From the NCBI RefSeq assembly GCF_963506605.1, contig NC_083285.1, positions 67,766,001 through 67,830,000 of the forward strand: a DNA stretch of 64,000 bases, written 5' to 3'. The stretch comes from Zootoca vivipara (lineage: Eukaryota). Positions 49,032-62,418 of the stretch are shown here, piece by piece; the stretch's first letter is position 1, and each line of letters starts with the position of its first letter. The translations under genes were made by a program, and so were the position numbers. The notes under the pieces were generated by a model. The model saw only the letters and a list, made by a program, of their open reading frames with translations. It ran no database searches and had not been told where the DNA came from.

Positions 49032-49447
49032 CAGTGGAACCTCGATTTATGAACACCCCGGTTTACGACTTTTTGGTTTACGAACGCCGCGGACCCATCT
49101 GGAACGGATTAATTCACTTTCCATTACAGTGGAACCTCGGTTTATGAACACCTCGGTTTATGAATTTTCAGTTTATGAACGCCGCGGACCCATCTGGAAT
49201 GGATTAATTTACTTTCCATTACTTTCAATGGGAAAGTTCGCTTCAGTTTATGAACAGACTTCCGGAACCAATTACGCCCATGCTTCGGGTTAAGTACGCT
49301 TCAGGTTGAGTACTCCGCGGACCCGTCTGGAACGGATTAATCCACTTTCCATTACTTTCAATGGGAAAGTTCGCTTCAGTTTATGATCGCTTCAGTTTAT
49401 GAACAGACTTCCGGAACCAATTGTGTTCATAAACCGAGGTACCACTG
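49032..49447. mobile_element. Tc1/mariner MITE with internal tandem duplications
   Basis: Left TIR repeated at ~49127; same family as 25785. Confidence 0.78.
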
Positions 49448-49478
49448 TATATATTTCAGTGTAGTATAGTACAGTTTA

Positions 49479-49479
49479 G

Positions 49480-49531
<52 letters not shown>

Positions 49532-49541
49532 ATCTATATCT
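49479..49541. repeat. (TCTA)n microsatellite
   Basis: Visible tandem repeat. Confidence 0.95.
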
Positions 49542-50178
49542 AATTTGCAGAATATGGATAGGCATCTTTTCTAAGTGAGAGCAAGGTCATCAAGTGATCA
49601 CGAGGGAGATCCTAATTGTGTTTTCCAATGTATTTCTTATCAATTAAAAATCTCGTGTGGTGCGAGCAAATTTTTGTTCGGAAGGTGCAGCCTGGAGAAA
49701 AAAGTTTGAGAAACGCTGCCTTAGCTGATTAACGGTGTTAGGCTGCTGGCAATTCATCCACGGATCACATTTGCGTAAGTTTTTGTAAGGGGGGGGGAAG
49801 AGAATCTGAAGGAAGAAGCACGTTTTCAGAACTCCTCTGAGCCCACCTCTTTGCTCCGCCCACTTTTCCTTCTGGCCCTGCCCATCGCTGGCATGTGGCA
49901 TTCGGAAGCTTGCCCAGAAGAGAATGCGGCCCTCAGGCTGGAAGGGAAAAGGTTCCCAACCCCTGTTTTAGTAATTCAGGACCAATAGGCCAGCGGAGTA
50001 AAAACGGTCGGGTTCCAGCTTGACGGCAGCAGGCCAGCGGCTGGAGGTCAGGGCTGGAAATTGGGCTGGAAAGACAGGAAGCAGCAGCAATGAAATGGGC
50101 ACCGGCAGTGAACTGCCTAGCTCCTAAGCCTTTCTCTGCCAGAAGCGGAAGCAGGAGGGAGTGAGCACAGAAAAATTA

Positions 50179-50397
50179 TCAAACATTAGGAAGAACTTCC
50201 TGACAGTAAGAGCTGTTCGGCAGTGGAATTTGCTACCAAGGAGTGTGGTGGAGTCTCCTTCTTTGGAGGTCTTTAAGCAGAGGCTTGACAGGCATATGTC
50301 AAGAATGCTTTGATGGTGTTTCCTGCTCGGCAGGGGGTTGGACTGGATGGCCCTTGTGGTCTCTTCCAACTCTACGATTCTATGATTCTATGATTCT
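50179..50397 (+). mobile_element. CR1 3' fragment
   Basis: (ATTCTATG)n tail. Confidence 0.85.
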
Positions 50398-51183
50398 AAT
50401 AAAGCTTCGACCAGGAGGGAAAAATCTGCACTAATCTATTGAAAATATAATCTGTCCCCCACCTAATAACAGTTAATGAATCATCTGTTTAATTAGGGTT
50501 GCCATACATACTGAATTTCCAGAATATCTGGCAGCAGTCTCTGGGCGCAGATTAAGGGGAACTCATTGGATTGACAGAAGCTGTTGAGCTTTTTATGGGG
50601 AGGATCGACCAGGATCGATCAGGGATATTGCGATCGACCGGTTGGACATCCCTGCCCTAAAATAACTCAAAAACATCAAACAACTTTGGCCTAAACTAAA
50701 AACAAGTACTAGAATTTTGGCAAAAAAATTAAAAACACATCGGAACAGCTTTGCCAAAAAAAGTTCAACATCTTTTCTGTCTGGATATGGCAATGGTAGT
50801 TTAATCCAATCTAATCCACCTATTAACTAGATCACTGTTTTGTATTTAATCCCTTGCCTATTATAAACTCACTGGGTGACATTGGAGAGCGACACTCTCT
50901 CAGCCATTGCCTCACAACTTGATCTATTCTTATTTAGTATATTTTTTAAAATTTACACACCATTTGATGGTTAAAAAACAACAACCCTCAAAGCAGTTTA
51001 CAAAAGAACAAAGCAACAATGGGGTAAAATAATTATTTTGAACATTCAAAATAGGATTCTGTGATTCCAGTCGTCTCCCCCAAAGCAAACAGCACGTTAT
51101 TTTAAAACTTCCAGTTGCTCCTTGACTTTTGCTTAATAATAAACGCTCCTCCTTTTTTTTGCAGCAAATGAATTAAATTTTAC

Positions 51184-51241
51184 CTTTTGTATATCTAACC
51201 TTCTTGCATGGCTGTATTCCACCACCGCATTTCGGGACAAT
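51184..51241 (-). CDS. SSMEM1: Candidate SSMEM1 middle exon (IVPKCGGGIQPCKKVRYTK)
   Basis: 58 bp; phase 0->1 as required; pyrimidine-rich acceptor and AAG|gtaaaa donor; little recognisable homology. Confidence 0.45.
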
Positions 51242-52654
51242 CTGTTCTCGGAAAATATGGGAAAGAATTCCATTTAGAACCCAATGCATATGATTCATAA
51301 TTTACATGCACACTAACCCATTTGTAGCACAAATATGCAGCTTTTCTCAACCTGGAACCGTTCGTGCTTGTCCTCAAAGTGCTGCTTTCAGTCTAGAGTC
51401 ATTCCAGATCCTACCATTCCCAAAGGATTAGGCTTTACCACCCCCTTATCTAGCCCCCTCACAGCTTGCTTCCAATCCCAAATCCCTTTTAAAGGAAGGT
51501 GGCAGGTGCTTCAGGAAGCGGTTTGGCATCGTCCTGGAGTTGTAACAAACAAGGTTGCTTAAGGTCGCTGCAAACGGCAGCTTTGTGAAGGGAAAGGTAC
51601 CATTGTCCATTCCCAGCAACCTTTGGGATAAGGCATCTCCCATTCTTCAGCCCGGTCACTGAGGTCCAGCTCTGAGGGTCTTCTGCTAGTTCCCTCACTG
51701 TGAGAAGTGAAGTTACAGGGGACCAGGCAGAGGGCCTTCTTGGTAGTGGCACCAGATGTCAAGGAGATAAAGAAGGCAGCTCTGTATCGGGAGGGTTTTA
51801 ATGTTTGGCATTTTTATATGTGCTGGAAGCCAGCCAGAGTGGCTGGGGAAACCCAGCCAGATGTGCGGGGTGTAAAAAATAAAATTATGATGATTATGAT
51901 TATGTGCTTTATATGTGCAATGAATAGATGCTTTGAATGTTCAGTTTCATACGCTGGCTCTTATGGGATCTGCTCTCCGTATGTGTTGGTAAGTGTGTGT
52001 ATTTCGGCATTATGTTTCCATTGTTCGTGCCAGCCTCCGCCAACCTGAGGCCCTCCAGGTATTTTGGGGTACAGCTCCAAGCAGACTCAGCCAGCACATG
52101 TGGTGTTTTTTTATCATTAGCTGGTTTGGAATCTGTTGAAGCTGTTTTTTTAAAAAAAGGAAAGCAAAATTACGCACAGTGTCCACATTGCGCATAAGGC
52201 AGAGTGGGGACCCAAGGGCCACATTCCTTCTGAAGGGCCACATCCTGGTTGTGGGCAGAGCCGGGCGATGGGGGGGGGGCAAAGCAGGCAGAGCAATGGC
52301 TGAGAATTTTTCCTTTCTACCCTGGCCTCCGTTTCAACCACACAAACATCAGAGGCTTCCAGTCATTCTCTGTGCAGGCAAGCAAAAGGCACAATCACAC
52401 TTTAAGGCTGCGTTTCTGCTGAGTGGGAGGGGAGTCCCAAAGGGCAGATGGAGAGATGTGGAGGGCCGCATGCCATCCCCAGGCCTGAAATCCCCCACCA
52501 TAGTATGTGGAACTCACTGCTACAAGATGTGGTGACCGCCACTGGCTTGGACGGCTTTAAAATGGGATTACACATATCAATAATGGAGGATAGTTCTGTC
52601 AATGGTTCCTAAATTATGCCAGCCAGGTGGCTGAATCCTGACAAGTACTGTTCT

Positions 52655-53420
52655 TGGGGGACAGGGGGCGGGCTGGTGTGGAGGACTCCCTGGTCCTGAA
52701 TGGGGTAACTGTGCCCCTGAAGGACCAGGTGCGCAGCCTGGGAGTCATTTTGGACTCACAGCTGTCCATGGAGGCGCAGGTCAACTCTGTGTCCAGGGCA
52801 GCTGTTTATCAGCTCCATCTGGTACGCAGACTGAGACCCTACCTGCCCAAGGACTGTCTCATCAGAGTGGTGCATGCTCTAGTTATCTCTCGCTTGGACT
52901 ACTGCAATGTGCTCTACGTGGGGCTACCTTTGAAGGTGACCCGGAAACTACAACTAATCCAGAATGCGGCAGCTAGACTGGGGACTGGGAGCGGCCGTCG
53001 AGACCACATAACACCGGTCTTGAAAGACCTACATTGGCTCCCAGTACGTTTCTGAGCACAATTCAAAGTGTTGGTGCTGACCTTTAAAGCCCTAAACGGC
53101 CTCAGCCCAGTATACCCGAAGGAGCGTCTCCACACCCATCGTTCTGCCCAGACACTGAGGTCCAGCTCTGAGGGCCTTCTGGTGGTTCCCTCACTGCGAG
53201 AAGCAAAGCTACAGGAAACCAGGCAGAGGGCCTTCTCGGTGGTGGCACCCGCCCTGTGGAACGCCCTCCCATCAGATGTCAAAGAGATAAATAACTACCT
53301 GACATTTAGAAGACATCAGGGAAGTTTATAATGTGTGACATTTTAATGTATTTTAAATTTTTGTTGGAAGCTGCCCAGAGTGGCTGGGGAAACCCAGCCA
53401 GATGGGCGGGGTACAAATAA

Positions 53421-53464
<44 letters not shown>
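52655..53464 (+). mobile_element. L2 LINE 3' part
   Basis: ORFs 52654-53055 (LHWLPV) and 53068-53331; (TTA)n tail. Confidence 0.88.
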
Positions 53465-53466
<2 letters not shown>

Positions 53467-53644
53467 CCAGGCACAGTGCAGTTGCAGGGCAGCAACAATT
53501 CGAGCGCCGGTGGTGACGAGACACCCTTCTAGACATCCAGCTGGCCACTGTTGGAAGCCAAATGCTCGACAAGACAGTACTTTGGGCTCCCCTTCTGTCC
53601 TCCGACTGCACGCAAGAGGAATACGGCTAATAAAAGACGATTAC

Positions 53645-53842
53645 CCAGTCTGCACCGATATAGATGATCCTTATAGCAGCCACAGCCAGGCAGTAATAAA
53701 GCAGGATCTCTCCCAGACCCCAGCAGATGTCGTCTTCCTCCGGCACCTCCTCGTCGCACTCGAATTCCTCCAGGGAGCCGGTTTCCACGGGGTCTCTTGT
53801 ACGTGAATAAATCCACCACAGAAAGGGGAAAGGGAATGCCAT
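53645..53842 (-). CDS. SSMEM1: SSMEM1 first coding exon (MAFPFPFLWW...DDICWGLGEILLYYCLAVAAIRIIYIGADW), includes the TM helix
   Basis: 198 bp; donor TGG|gtaatc; DDxCxxxGxxLLxY plus TM pattern as in mammalian SSMEM1; synteny between TMEM209 and CPA2. Confidence 0.78.
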
Positions 53843-54466
53843 GGACCATGGGCAGGACAAAATGTCAGGTGGGGGAGTGAGGAGGCTGAAGAGGCATCAG
53901 CAGCAACAACAACAACATGGTACCCTGGCAACTGATTGTTGACAAGAGTTTGCCTCACAAGCCAGAACCATTTTCTCGCATCATTCTCGGAACCGTGGCG
54001 ATAGGAAATGGAAGAAGGATGTGCCCACTAGGGTGATGGCTTTTTCATTTTTCCCCCCTCAAAAATTATTTCCTGTAGCACAAATGGATGAACTTTTGCC
54101 TATTGATGACTAAAATGAGCTATATTCCAATGAAATATTTTTTAAAAAGGTTACGGACAAACCGTTTTTAATTTTTTTGTATGCCGTTTTACCATTTCGT
54201 AAAATTGTATTAACAATTCTATATATATTTCGTATCAAATTTGGACACAACACCACATTCCACAATAGGGTATACAAATGTCACACCTGCGCAAGGTAAA
54301 AGCCCCTTTTTGGGACCTCAAAACTCAGCCAGCAGACCCTGCCGGGCATGTTAGGAAAAGAACCTACAGGAGAGGTATCAAAACATCGTCCTCTAGCGGC
54401 GTCTATACTGTTACTGCAGCTAAAAAAAAGCTTTCTTCTGTGTTTGATGACCCTATATAATGTTGT

Positions 54467-54809
54467 CTTGAGAGTCCCATGGACTGCAAGAAGATCAAAC
54501 CTATCCATTCTGAAGGAAATCAGCCCTGAGTGCTCACTGGAAGGACAGATCCTGAAGCTGAGGCTCCAAGACTTTGGCCACCTCATGAGAAGAGAAGACT
54601 CCCTGGAAAAGACTCTGATGTTGGGAAAGATGGAGGGCACAAGGAGAAGGGGACGACAGAGGACAAGATGGTTGGACAGTGTTCTTGAAGCTACGAACTT
54701 GAGTTTGACCAAACTGCGGGAGGCAGTGTAAGACAGGAGTGCCTGGCGTGCTCTGGTCCATGGGGTCACGAAGAGTCGGACACAACTAAACGACTAAACA
54801 ACAACAACA
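54467..54809 (+). mobile_element. Bov-B 3' fragment
   Basis: LRVPWTARRSN...; (CAA)n tail; TSD atataatgttgt. Confidence 0.9.
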
Positions 54810-55620
54810 TATAATGTTGTATATATATGACTCTAAAGCTTGGGTTCAATTTTATATCTGCTTACAGTGACTTCAAAAATGGTCAAAAAACTGATAAATA
54901 AATTTTTTAAAATCATTTTGTGCATGAGGTTTTTTTAAATCAAATCTCTTTGAAAGTAAGATTTTATCTAATCTTTAATGAAAGCTCATCAAATTATGAT
55001 ACAGGGAAATGAGGTTGTAAAAAAGTCATCACCCATTGCCCACTGCCCAGAGTAACTCTCACCCTGTGGAACGCCCTCCCATCAGATGTCAAAGAGGAAA
55101 ACAACTACCTGACATTTAGAAGACATCTGAAGGCAGCCCTGTTCAAGGAAGTTCAGGGAAGTTTTTAATGTGTGACATTTTAATGTATTTTAATTTTTTG
55201 TTGGAAGCCACCTAGAGGGGCTGGGGAAACCCAGCCAGATGGGCAGGGTACAAATAATAAATTATTATGATTATGATTATATTTGGACAATTTATGTTGG
55301 TGTGCCATCAAGAATGCTTGCTTGTCTGTCACATTTTATTACCAGGCTCGGGGAGCTCTTCAGATGTTGTTGGGCCCCCAACTCCCAGCATGGCACACGG
55401 TTAGGAATGACGGGAGCTGCCACAAAAGATTCCTGCATTTCCAGGGGGTTGGGTGGTCCAGTACAACTCTACAACTCTGTGATGCTATGATTCTGGGTGC
55501 CACCAGTCTGTCTTCCCGTTCAACTCCATTTGCATTCCCAGGGGCAGTTTATGAAGATATTCAGATGGCAATATACAACAACCTCCACAAATAGCAATGA
55601 ATAGCTAAACAAACCCAGGT

Positions 55621-55968
55621 GGGACCCAGGTGGCGCTGTGGGCTAAACCACTGAGCCTAGGGCTTGCTGATCAGAAGGTCGGCGGTTCGAATCCCTGTGA
55701 TGGGGTGAGCTCCCGTTGCTTGGTCCCAGCTCCCGCCAACCTAGCAGTTCGAAAGCATGTCAAAATGCAAGTAGATAAATAGGAACCGCTATAGCGGGAA
55801 GGTAAACGGCGTTTCCGTGTGCTGCTCTGGTTTGCTAGAAGCGGCTTTGTCATGCTGGCCACATGACCTGGAAGCTATACACCGGCTCCCTCGGCCAATA
55901 ATGCGAGATGAGCGCGCAACCCCAGAGTCGGTCATGACTGGACCTAATGGTCAGGGGTCCCTTTACCT
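55621..55968 (+). mobile_element. Sauria SINE
   Basis: TSD tagctaaacaaac. Confidence 0.9.
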
Positions 55969-57257
55969 AGCTAAACAAACAGCACAAGGCAGGTGATTCT
56001 GGAACATGCCATAGGAGGGGTTTTGATTATGTGCCCACAAACTTCAGTTGGTCCATAAAATGCAGCAGCTCAGTTTTAATCTGGTGCAAGTGAGGCAATC
56101 AGGTCGTATCTGTCCAGCTTCATACCAGATTCCTATATTTCCTGGGCCCAGCTCAAAGTACTGGTCTTAAACCTTTCAGGCTCCAAATCAGCTTTCCCTA
56201 CCCTCCAGATGTTAGGCTATATTCCCATCAGCTCCAGCCACCACACCAGGTTGGCAAGGATGCCTCTGCAGCCAAGCCTTATGACAGCTGTTCAGATTCA
56301 TAATCAGAGACCCACAAATTAAGGATTTACATCAAGCATCTCTGAGGCTGCGTGCACACTTCCGTTTACTTTGTTTCCAGTGTCCCGGTTTGTGAAGCTG
56401 TTCAAAACACTACCAAACATTTTGTCACGTAAATACAAAACTGATAACAACTGATATGTTTTGTTTATATGCTAAGTTGCTCTATAGAACCATATATTTT
56501 GATATGATACGTTGATTCGCATTTAAAAAGAATCTATATAGTTACGCACAACCTGTTAGGTCAGTTGTGTTGTTATCAGGTTTGTGAAGCTGTGCACATT
56601 GGCCACAATCCACCACCCTCAGAAGCTTGGGGTGGTGGCATCCGGGGAAAGGGCATTTTCTGTGGCAGACCCTAAAGTTGTGGAACTCCTGCCCCGCAGA
56701 AGGTGTGTGTCTGGCATCTTCATTATACATCTTTTGGCAAATGTCGAAGGTGTACGACTGGCTTTTGGCACTTGAGATGCAACGTTTTAGGAACCACCTT
56801 ATTTTTTTGTGAGTATATGGTTTTAAAAATTATTTCTAACATTGTGTTTTAATTGTTGTAACCCGCACTGGGACCTTAGGGTGAAAGGAAGGCTGGCATC
56901 TGTCTGTCTCAGGTGTGCCTTTGGGGGTGAAGCCAAACCATTGGAGAGTTACAGCGCCTGCTGTGGCTGTAGAGACCAATACAGGAGAGACATGTTTTCT
57001 TGCAGCTGGTGCAGATGAAGGCGTCCGGATGTGCTGCTGCAGGTGTACCATGAAACGCAGGAATTTATAATAATAATCTGCCCCACAGTTTCTTGAGAAA
57101 TATTGTGTTTTATGTGTTTTCCCCTAAACCAGCTACAGTCTGATATGGAAATGGAAACCATATTGAAGACATCTATACAACCCTCTTCTGCCCATGGATG
57201 TGGAGAGACAGTGTGTGACTTGGAAACATATCTAACTGCAAATACAGTAAAAAAATA

Positions 57258-57403
57258 CCTTCAGTAGCACCTTAAAGACCAACTAAGTTTTTATTTTGGT
57301 ATGAGCTTTCGTGTGCATGCACACTTCTTCAGATCTGTGTGCATGCACACAAAAGCTCATACCAAAATAAAAACTTAGTTGGTCTTTAAGGTGCTACTGA
57401 AGG
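57258..57403. mobile_element. Penelope-like inverted terminal fragment (67-bp arm hairpin)
   Basis: Arms 57258-57324 and 57337-57403; hammerhead core on the minus strand. Confidence 0.75.
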
Positions 57404-57659
57404 AATTTTTTTTATTTTAATTGGTGTTAGTTTGCCTCCAATAGAGACACTTTATGCCGCTCAAGTCAGGAAGAGAGCAGAGAGAATTGCTGTAGACCCT
57501 TCGCATCCTGGTCATCACTTGTTCGATTTACTCCCATCCGGACGTCGGTACAGGACTCTATACTGTATACAAAAATGTCTAGGCACAGGAATACAGTAGC
57601 TTTTTTCCTTGTATAGGGGTATAAATATGTGATAATAATACAGGTATAATGTGTCATCT

Positions 57660-58330
57660 GTTTCTCCCGCCAAATCTTGAAAGGGACCGGCCGGCTTAAT
57701 AGCGGGAGGGGAGGGGCCACGTTGTGACGAGATTGGGATGCGACCCAATCGGAGCCGAGCGCGAGAGCAACCACCAACCGTCGCCTTCACCCTTCCGTCA
57801 CCCCGGCGACAGCTCCCGCCTCCGCCGTCTTCTCCCACCTCCAATTGGTGCGAGCCAATCCCCTTCTTCTCGTCAGAGGGTTGTTTTTTTAAAAAAAGGA
57901 GCCCGCCGCGCTGCGCATGCGCGCTTTAAAAACGAAGCAGCGCGAGGAGCCGCCGGGGTGAGTGAAGACGAGCGCGGGGAAACTGAGGTAGGCGAGGCGG
58001 TTGGTCTGCCTTTGAATTGGGGGTGGGTGGGTGAGTGGGGCGCATTCGCTGCCTGGGGCCCCGTCCCCACTTTACCGTTGGGCCCCAGAGGCGGGGACGG
58101 TTAACCCTGTGGCCCTAGAGGCGGCCGGACTTCAACTCGCATGAGCCTCAGCAAGCACAGCCAGTCGCCAGGCATGATGGGAGTTGTAGTCCAGCAGCGC
58201 CTGGAGGGCCTCAGGCTGCCCCTGCTATAGAGGGAGCGCGTGGGGCGCCCCATTTCTCGCTGTGGGGCAAAGCAGCCGCTGCCCGGGTCGCAGCCGGTAT
58301 CAGGATCAGTCCCTGGCACCTCCTTGTAGC
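57660..58330 (+). promoter_or_regulatory. TMEM209: CpG-island promoter and non-coding exon 1 of TMEM209 (divergent from SSMEM1)
   Basis: CpG-rich; E2F-like TCCCGCCAAA 57665-57674; CCAAT at 57732(rev), 57745, 57841, 57855; NRF1 GCGCATGCGC 57913-57922; donor gtgagt at 57958. Confidence 0.72.
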
Positions 58331-59090
58331 TGGACCAGGAAGTGTGGGCCCGGCTGGCCCCCTGGCATTATGAGGCAGTTTGGGCTAATAAGGCTTAGGC
58401 TGGCAGGTGGAGGAGATCTTCCTGTTCCAATGTTCTTTTGGGAACCGGCTGTTTTAACGAGGGGACTGGCTGCATGGTATTTTTATTGTAATTATTTGAA
58501 TCATGGAATTGTAGAGTTGGAAGGGACCCCGGGGATCATCTAGTCCAACCCCCTGCAATGCAGGAATAGGCAGCTGTCCCATATGAGGACTGAACTTGCA
58601 ACCTTGGTGCTATCAGCACCATGCTCTAACCAACTCAGCTATGTTTTAATAGAACTTGTGTATGTGTTTAATTGTACAGTATTTTAATTATTGACACCCC
58701 CCATGTTTTTAGCTGTTCTTATCTGTAAATTTCTTTGGGGGGGGAAGAGTATAAATAACTATATAATGATCACAATAATAACAGTTAAGAGTACATGATT
58801 TGCATGGAACTGTGCCCCAAGATTCCAGTTGAAAGCATCTTTCTGTCTTTTAAAACTCTTCTGGTTTTAAATTGCTTGTATTTTTTACTGTTCCATGGTG
58901 TTTCAATGCTTTTTCCCTTCTGTAAAGCAACTAATAGTAATAATACTTAATGTGTTCATTAGCTGCCCAATAACTTAATGTTGTTACTGTTATTTATTAA
59001 ATTTGCATGCCACCCTTCTTCTAAAGATCACACGGCGGTGTGGTGTTCAACAGAAACAAAATTTAATCCATGAATGCATTTCTGTATTAT

Positions 59091-59455
59091 TAATAATAAT
59101 AATTTATTATTTATACCCCGCCCATCTGGCTGGGTTCCCCCAGCCACTCTGGGCAGCTTCCAACAAAATATTAAAATACAGAAATCCATCAAACATTAAA
59201 AGCTTCCCTAAACAGGGCTGCCTTGAGATGCCTTCTAAAGGTCTGGTAATTGTTGTTCTCTTTGACATCTGATGGGAGGGCATTCCACAGGGTGGGTGCC
59301 ACTACCGAGAAGGCCCTCTGCCTGGTTCCCTGTAACTTGGCTTCTCGTAATGAGGGAACCGCCAGAAGGCCCTCGGAGCTGGACCTCAGTGTCTGGGCAG
59401 AACGATAGGGGTGGAGACGCTCCTTCAGGTATCCTGGACTGAGGCCATTTATGGC
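59091..59455 (-). mobile_element. L2 3' fragment
   Basis: ORF 59189-59479. Confidence 0.85.
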
Positions 59456-60123
59456 ATTAAGACAATTGGGATAAGACAAAGGGACAAAATTAACACTGGG
59501 TGCAGAGCAGAGACCCTTGTAATGTTGGTGGAAAAAATTGCTTTGCAGCTATGAGGCCCAAATGAAAGTCACTGGTGGGCTAAGGCCCTTTTTCAGGTCC
59601 TGGCGACAAACCATTGAAGTGCACCTATAATGCTTGCTTATTGTGAAAAGGAGCTTCAGATGTAGTTCAGTGTGTTTTCTTTACTATCGTACTTATTTAT
59701 ACATATAGCGTCATCAGTGTGCAGAATGCAAGGAGAGGAGCTTGCAATATAAAATTTGGCTCAAGGTGAAGGTAAAGGAAGCACAACTGATATTCCGCTG
59801 TGCCCGTCTGCAAGTGTAATAGCTGTGATTTCTGCATTTCAAGGGGTTGGAGTAAATGACCTTTGGAGGTACTTTCCAACTCTACAATTCTATGAAAGGA
59901 ATTTCTGCTTGTATGGTGGGACTTCCCCTTCCTCTCCCAGCAGCCCCTATGTGCCCCCCCCCCATCTGCTGTAGAAGGCTGAGATACCATCTTGAGAAGA
60001 TTTCGAGGGAAGAAGGGGACAGCTGGTCGCACAGCATTGGGTATAAACAGGAGAAGGTGCACTTGAATTAGCACTGGAAGATAAATTTCTTTGAACATTA
60101 AGTAAATGTTCTCATATAACTAA

Positions 60124-60285
<162 letters not shown>

Positions 60286-60859
60286 TAAGAGAGGCCAACA
60301 CCCCAACTTCATTTTGCATCCTTGCTAATGGTGTCTTGTGGCCCATAGTCATCACTGAGCTGAATGTTCGCCGCTTCTTCCATGAATTCATTGTTCATCA
60401 TCCCATGAATTCATCGAGGATTTCACATCACTTTCTCTTGGTGGCGGCCATACAGGGGACGGCTGCTGTATTTGGCTGTTTTGAAAATGACAGAGAGAAT
60501 GTTCGTGGAAGTGCTTTCTGATGCTCTAAAATGCTATTAAATTTTAAAGGGGTTATAAATGAGTAAATGTGTCTGCTCTGCTTTGGCGGATGACTGTTGG
60601 GTGGAAGACACAAATCTCTCATTGCCCAGATTTGGAGGAGAGAATTTGGGGTGTCACTGTGAGCTGCTGGAAATCCAGCTGTAAAGTTCATCCTGGGGGG
60701 AAATTGTTGTCTCTCCATTGTATCTTCATCATGGGAAGTTGGACACTGCAGGGACAAATTGAGCTATTAATTGTGAATCACTGAAAAGTAGTTGATGTTT
60801 CTATGCTGTGGGGCTATGAATAACCTTTGTCTCCCTCTCACCCCCCCCCCTGCCCCCAG

Positions 60860-60918
60860 GTCTGGAAAACTAATCAGTTCCTATTATAACATTTCATGCT
60901 GGGTACTATGGTATGTTG
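60860..60918 (+). CDS. TMEM209: TMEM209 exon (SGKLISSYYNISCWVLWYV)
   Basis: 59 bp; GT-AG; in phase. Confidence 0.92.
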
Positions 60919-60997
60919 GTAAGTATTTTGAAACTCCAGAAGAATGTAGAAGTTGGTTGAATGGACTGGGGATGTCTCTGCATTTATGCCTTTAGGG

Positions 60998-61265
60998 CAG
61001 GGGTAGGCAGCCTAAGGCCCATGGGCCCCAAGCGGTCCATGGGGGTCGTTTAACCGGCCCTGGAGCCGCCCCCGAACCGAGCTGCCCGCTCGACGAGTCC
61101 CCACACGCTGCACTAAACCAGGGCGGGGCGGGGACTCGCTTCCGCAGCGCCAGAAGTCGCATCTGCGCAGACGCTAGAAATCGTGGGCATAGGCGCAATC
61201 CGGCCCACGGAAGGATCTCTGCTGGAGTGAGCCGGCTCAGGCGAGGTAAACCTCACTGACCCCTG
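60998..61265. mobile_element. hAT MITE
   Basis: CAGGGGT termini; 8-bp TSD ctttaggg. Confidence 0.8.
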
Positions 61266-61591
61266 CTTTAGGGAGAGAAAAAGGAAGATTGTAGAGTTTG
61301 AAGGGTTCCCCCAAGGGTCATCTATCCCAGCCCTCTACAGTGTTGTCATCACAGCTAAAGAATCTCTGGCAGGTGGCCATTCAACCTTTGTTTGAAAACC
61401 TTGTAAGGAAGGAGAGTCCCCCACCTTCCGAGGAAGTCCATTTTTCTTAATGTTTGCCGAAACCTTTCTTGTAATTTGAGTCCACTGGTTCTTTTTTGAT
61501 TGTGCAAATATTTTGATAATCCCGATTACCTGATGAAACCAGCATCTTTCGTATGATAAAATCGATGAGTGGCTGGCTGTGTAAATTATGA

Positions 61592-61789
<198 letters not shown>

Positions 61790-62418
61790 TAATAATAATA
61801 ATATGCAAATCAAGTAACTCATTCAAAAGATTTGGAGCACCATGCAAATACTGACACAGTGGAAGTGGTGTGCAGTTGATATTTTCAATGGGGAAAGGCA
61901 TGTATTTCCCAGATCATCTTGCTGATGAGGGCAAGGGGAAGGCAATAGGGTGGGAGTACCTGATCTTACATGTGGCTGTGCTTGGGGTGCCGCCAGCAGC
62001 CGATTGTCGCCTGCCAAGCTTTCTCTGCAACGCACACCACAAAGAGCAGAAAATTTAAAAAGCAAATAAAATGACATATATACGATCCTGTAGGATGTGC
62101 AGAAACTTTCTTTTCTTTTTTATTAGGTTTTATAAATAAGAATAATGTTATACAAATAAATATACCAAATTTTCTCATGTTATTTGTATATCACAAAAAT
62201 AGCAGAATAAATGTGGAAAAATATCTACAACATATATTTCATTATTAGTGGTGAGTTTGCAAGTTCTTGGTTTATGAATTGGTTAAAACAATTAGGAAGA
62301 AGAAGAAGAAAGGGAAGAGGGGGAGTGGCGAGTGGGGTGGCTATGCTTCTATTATTCTACTTTGTGTGAGGGGTTGTGTCAGTGTTACTTGTATGGGTTC
62401 TCTTCCTATTCACTTTTT

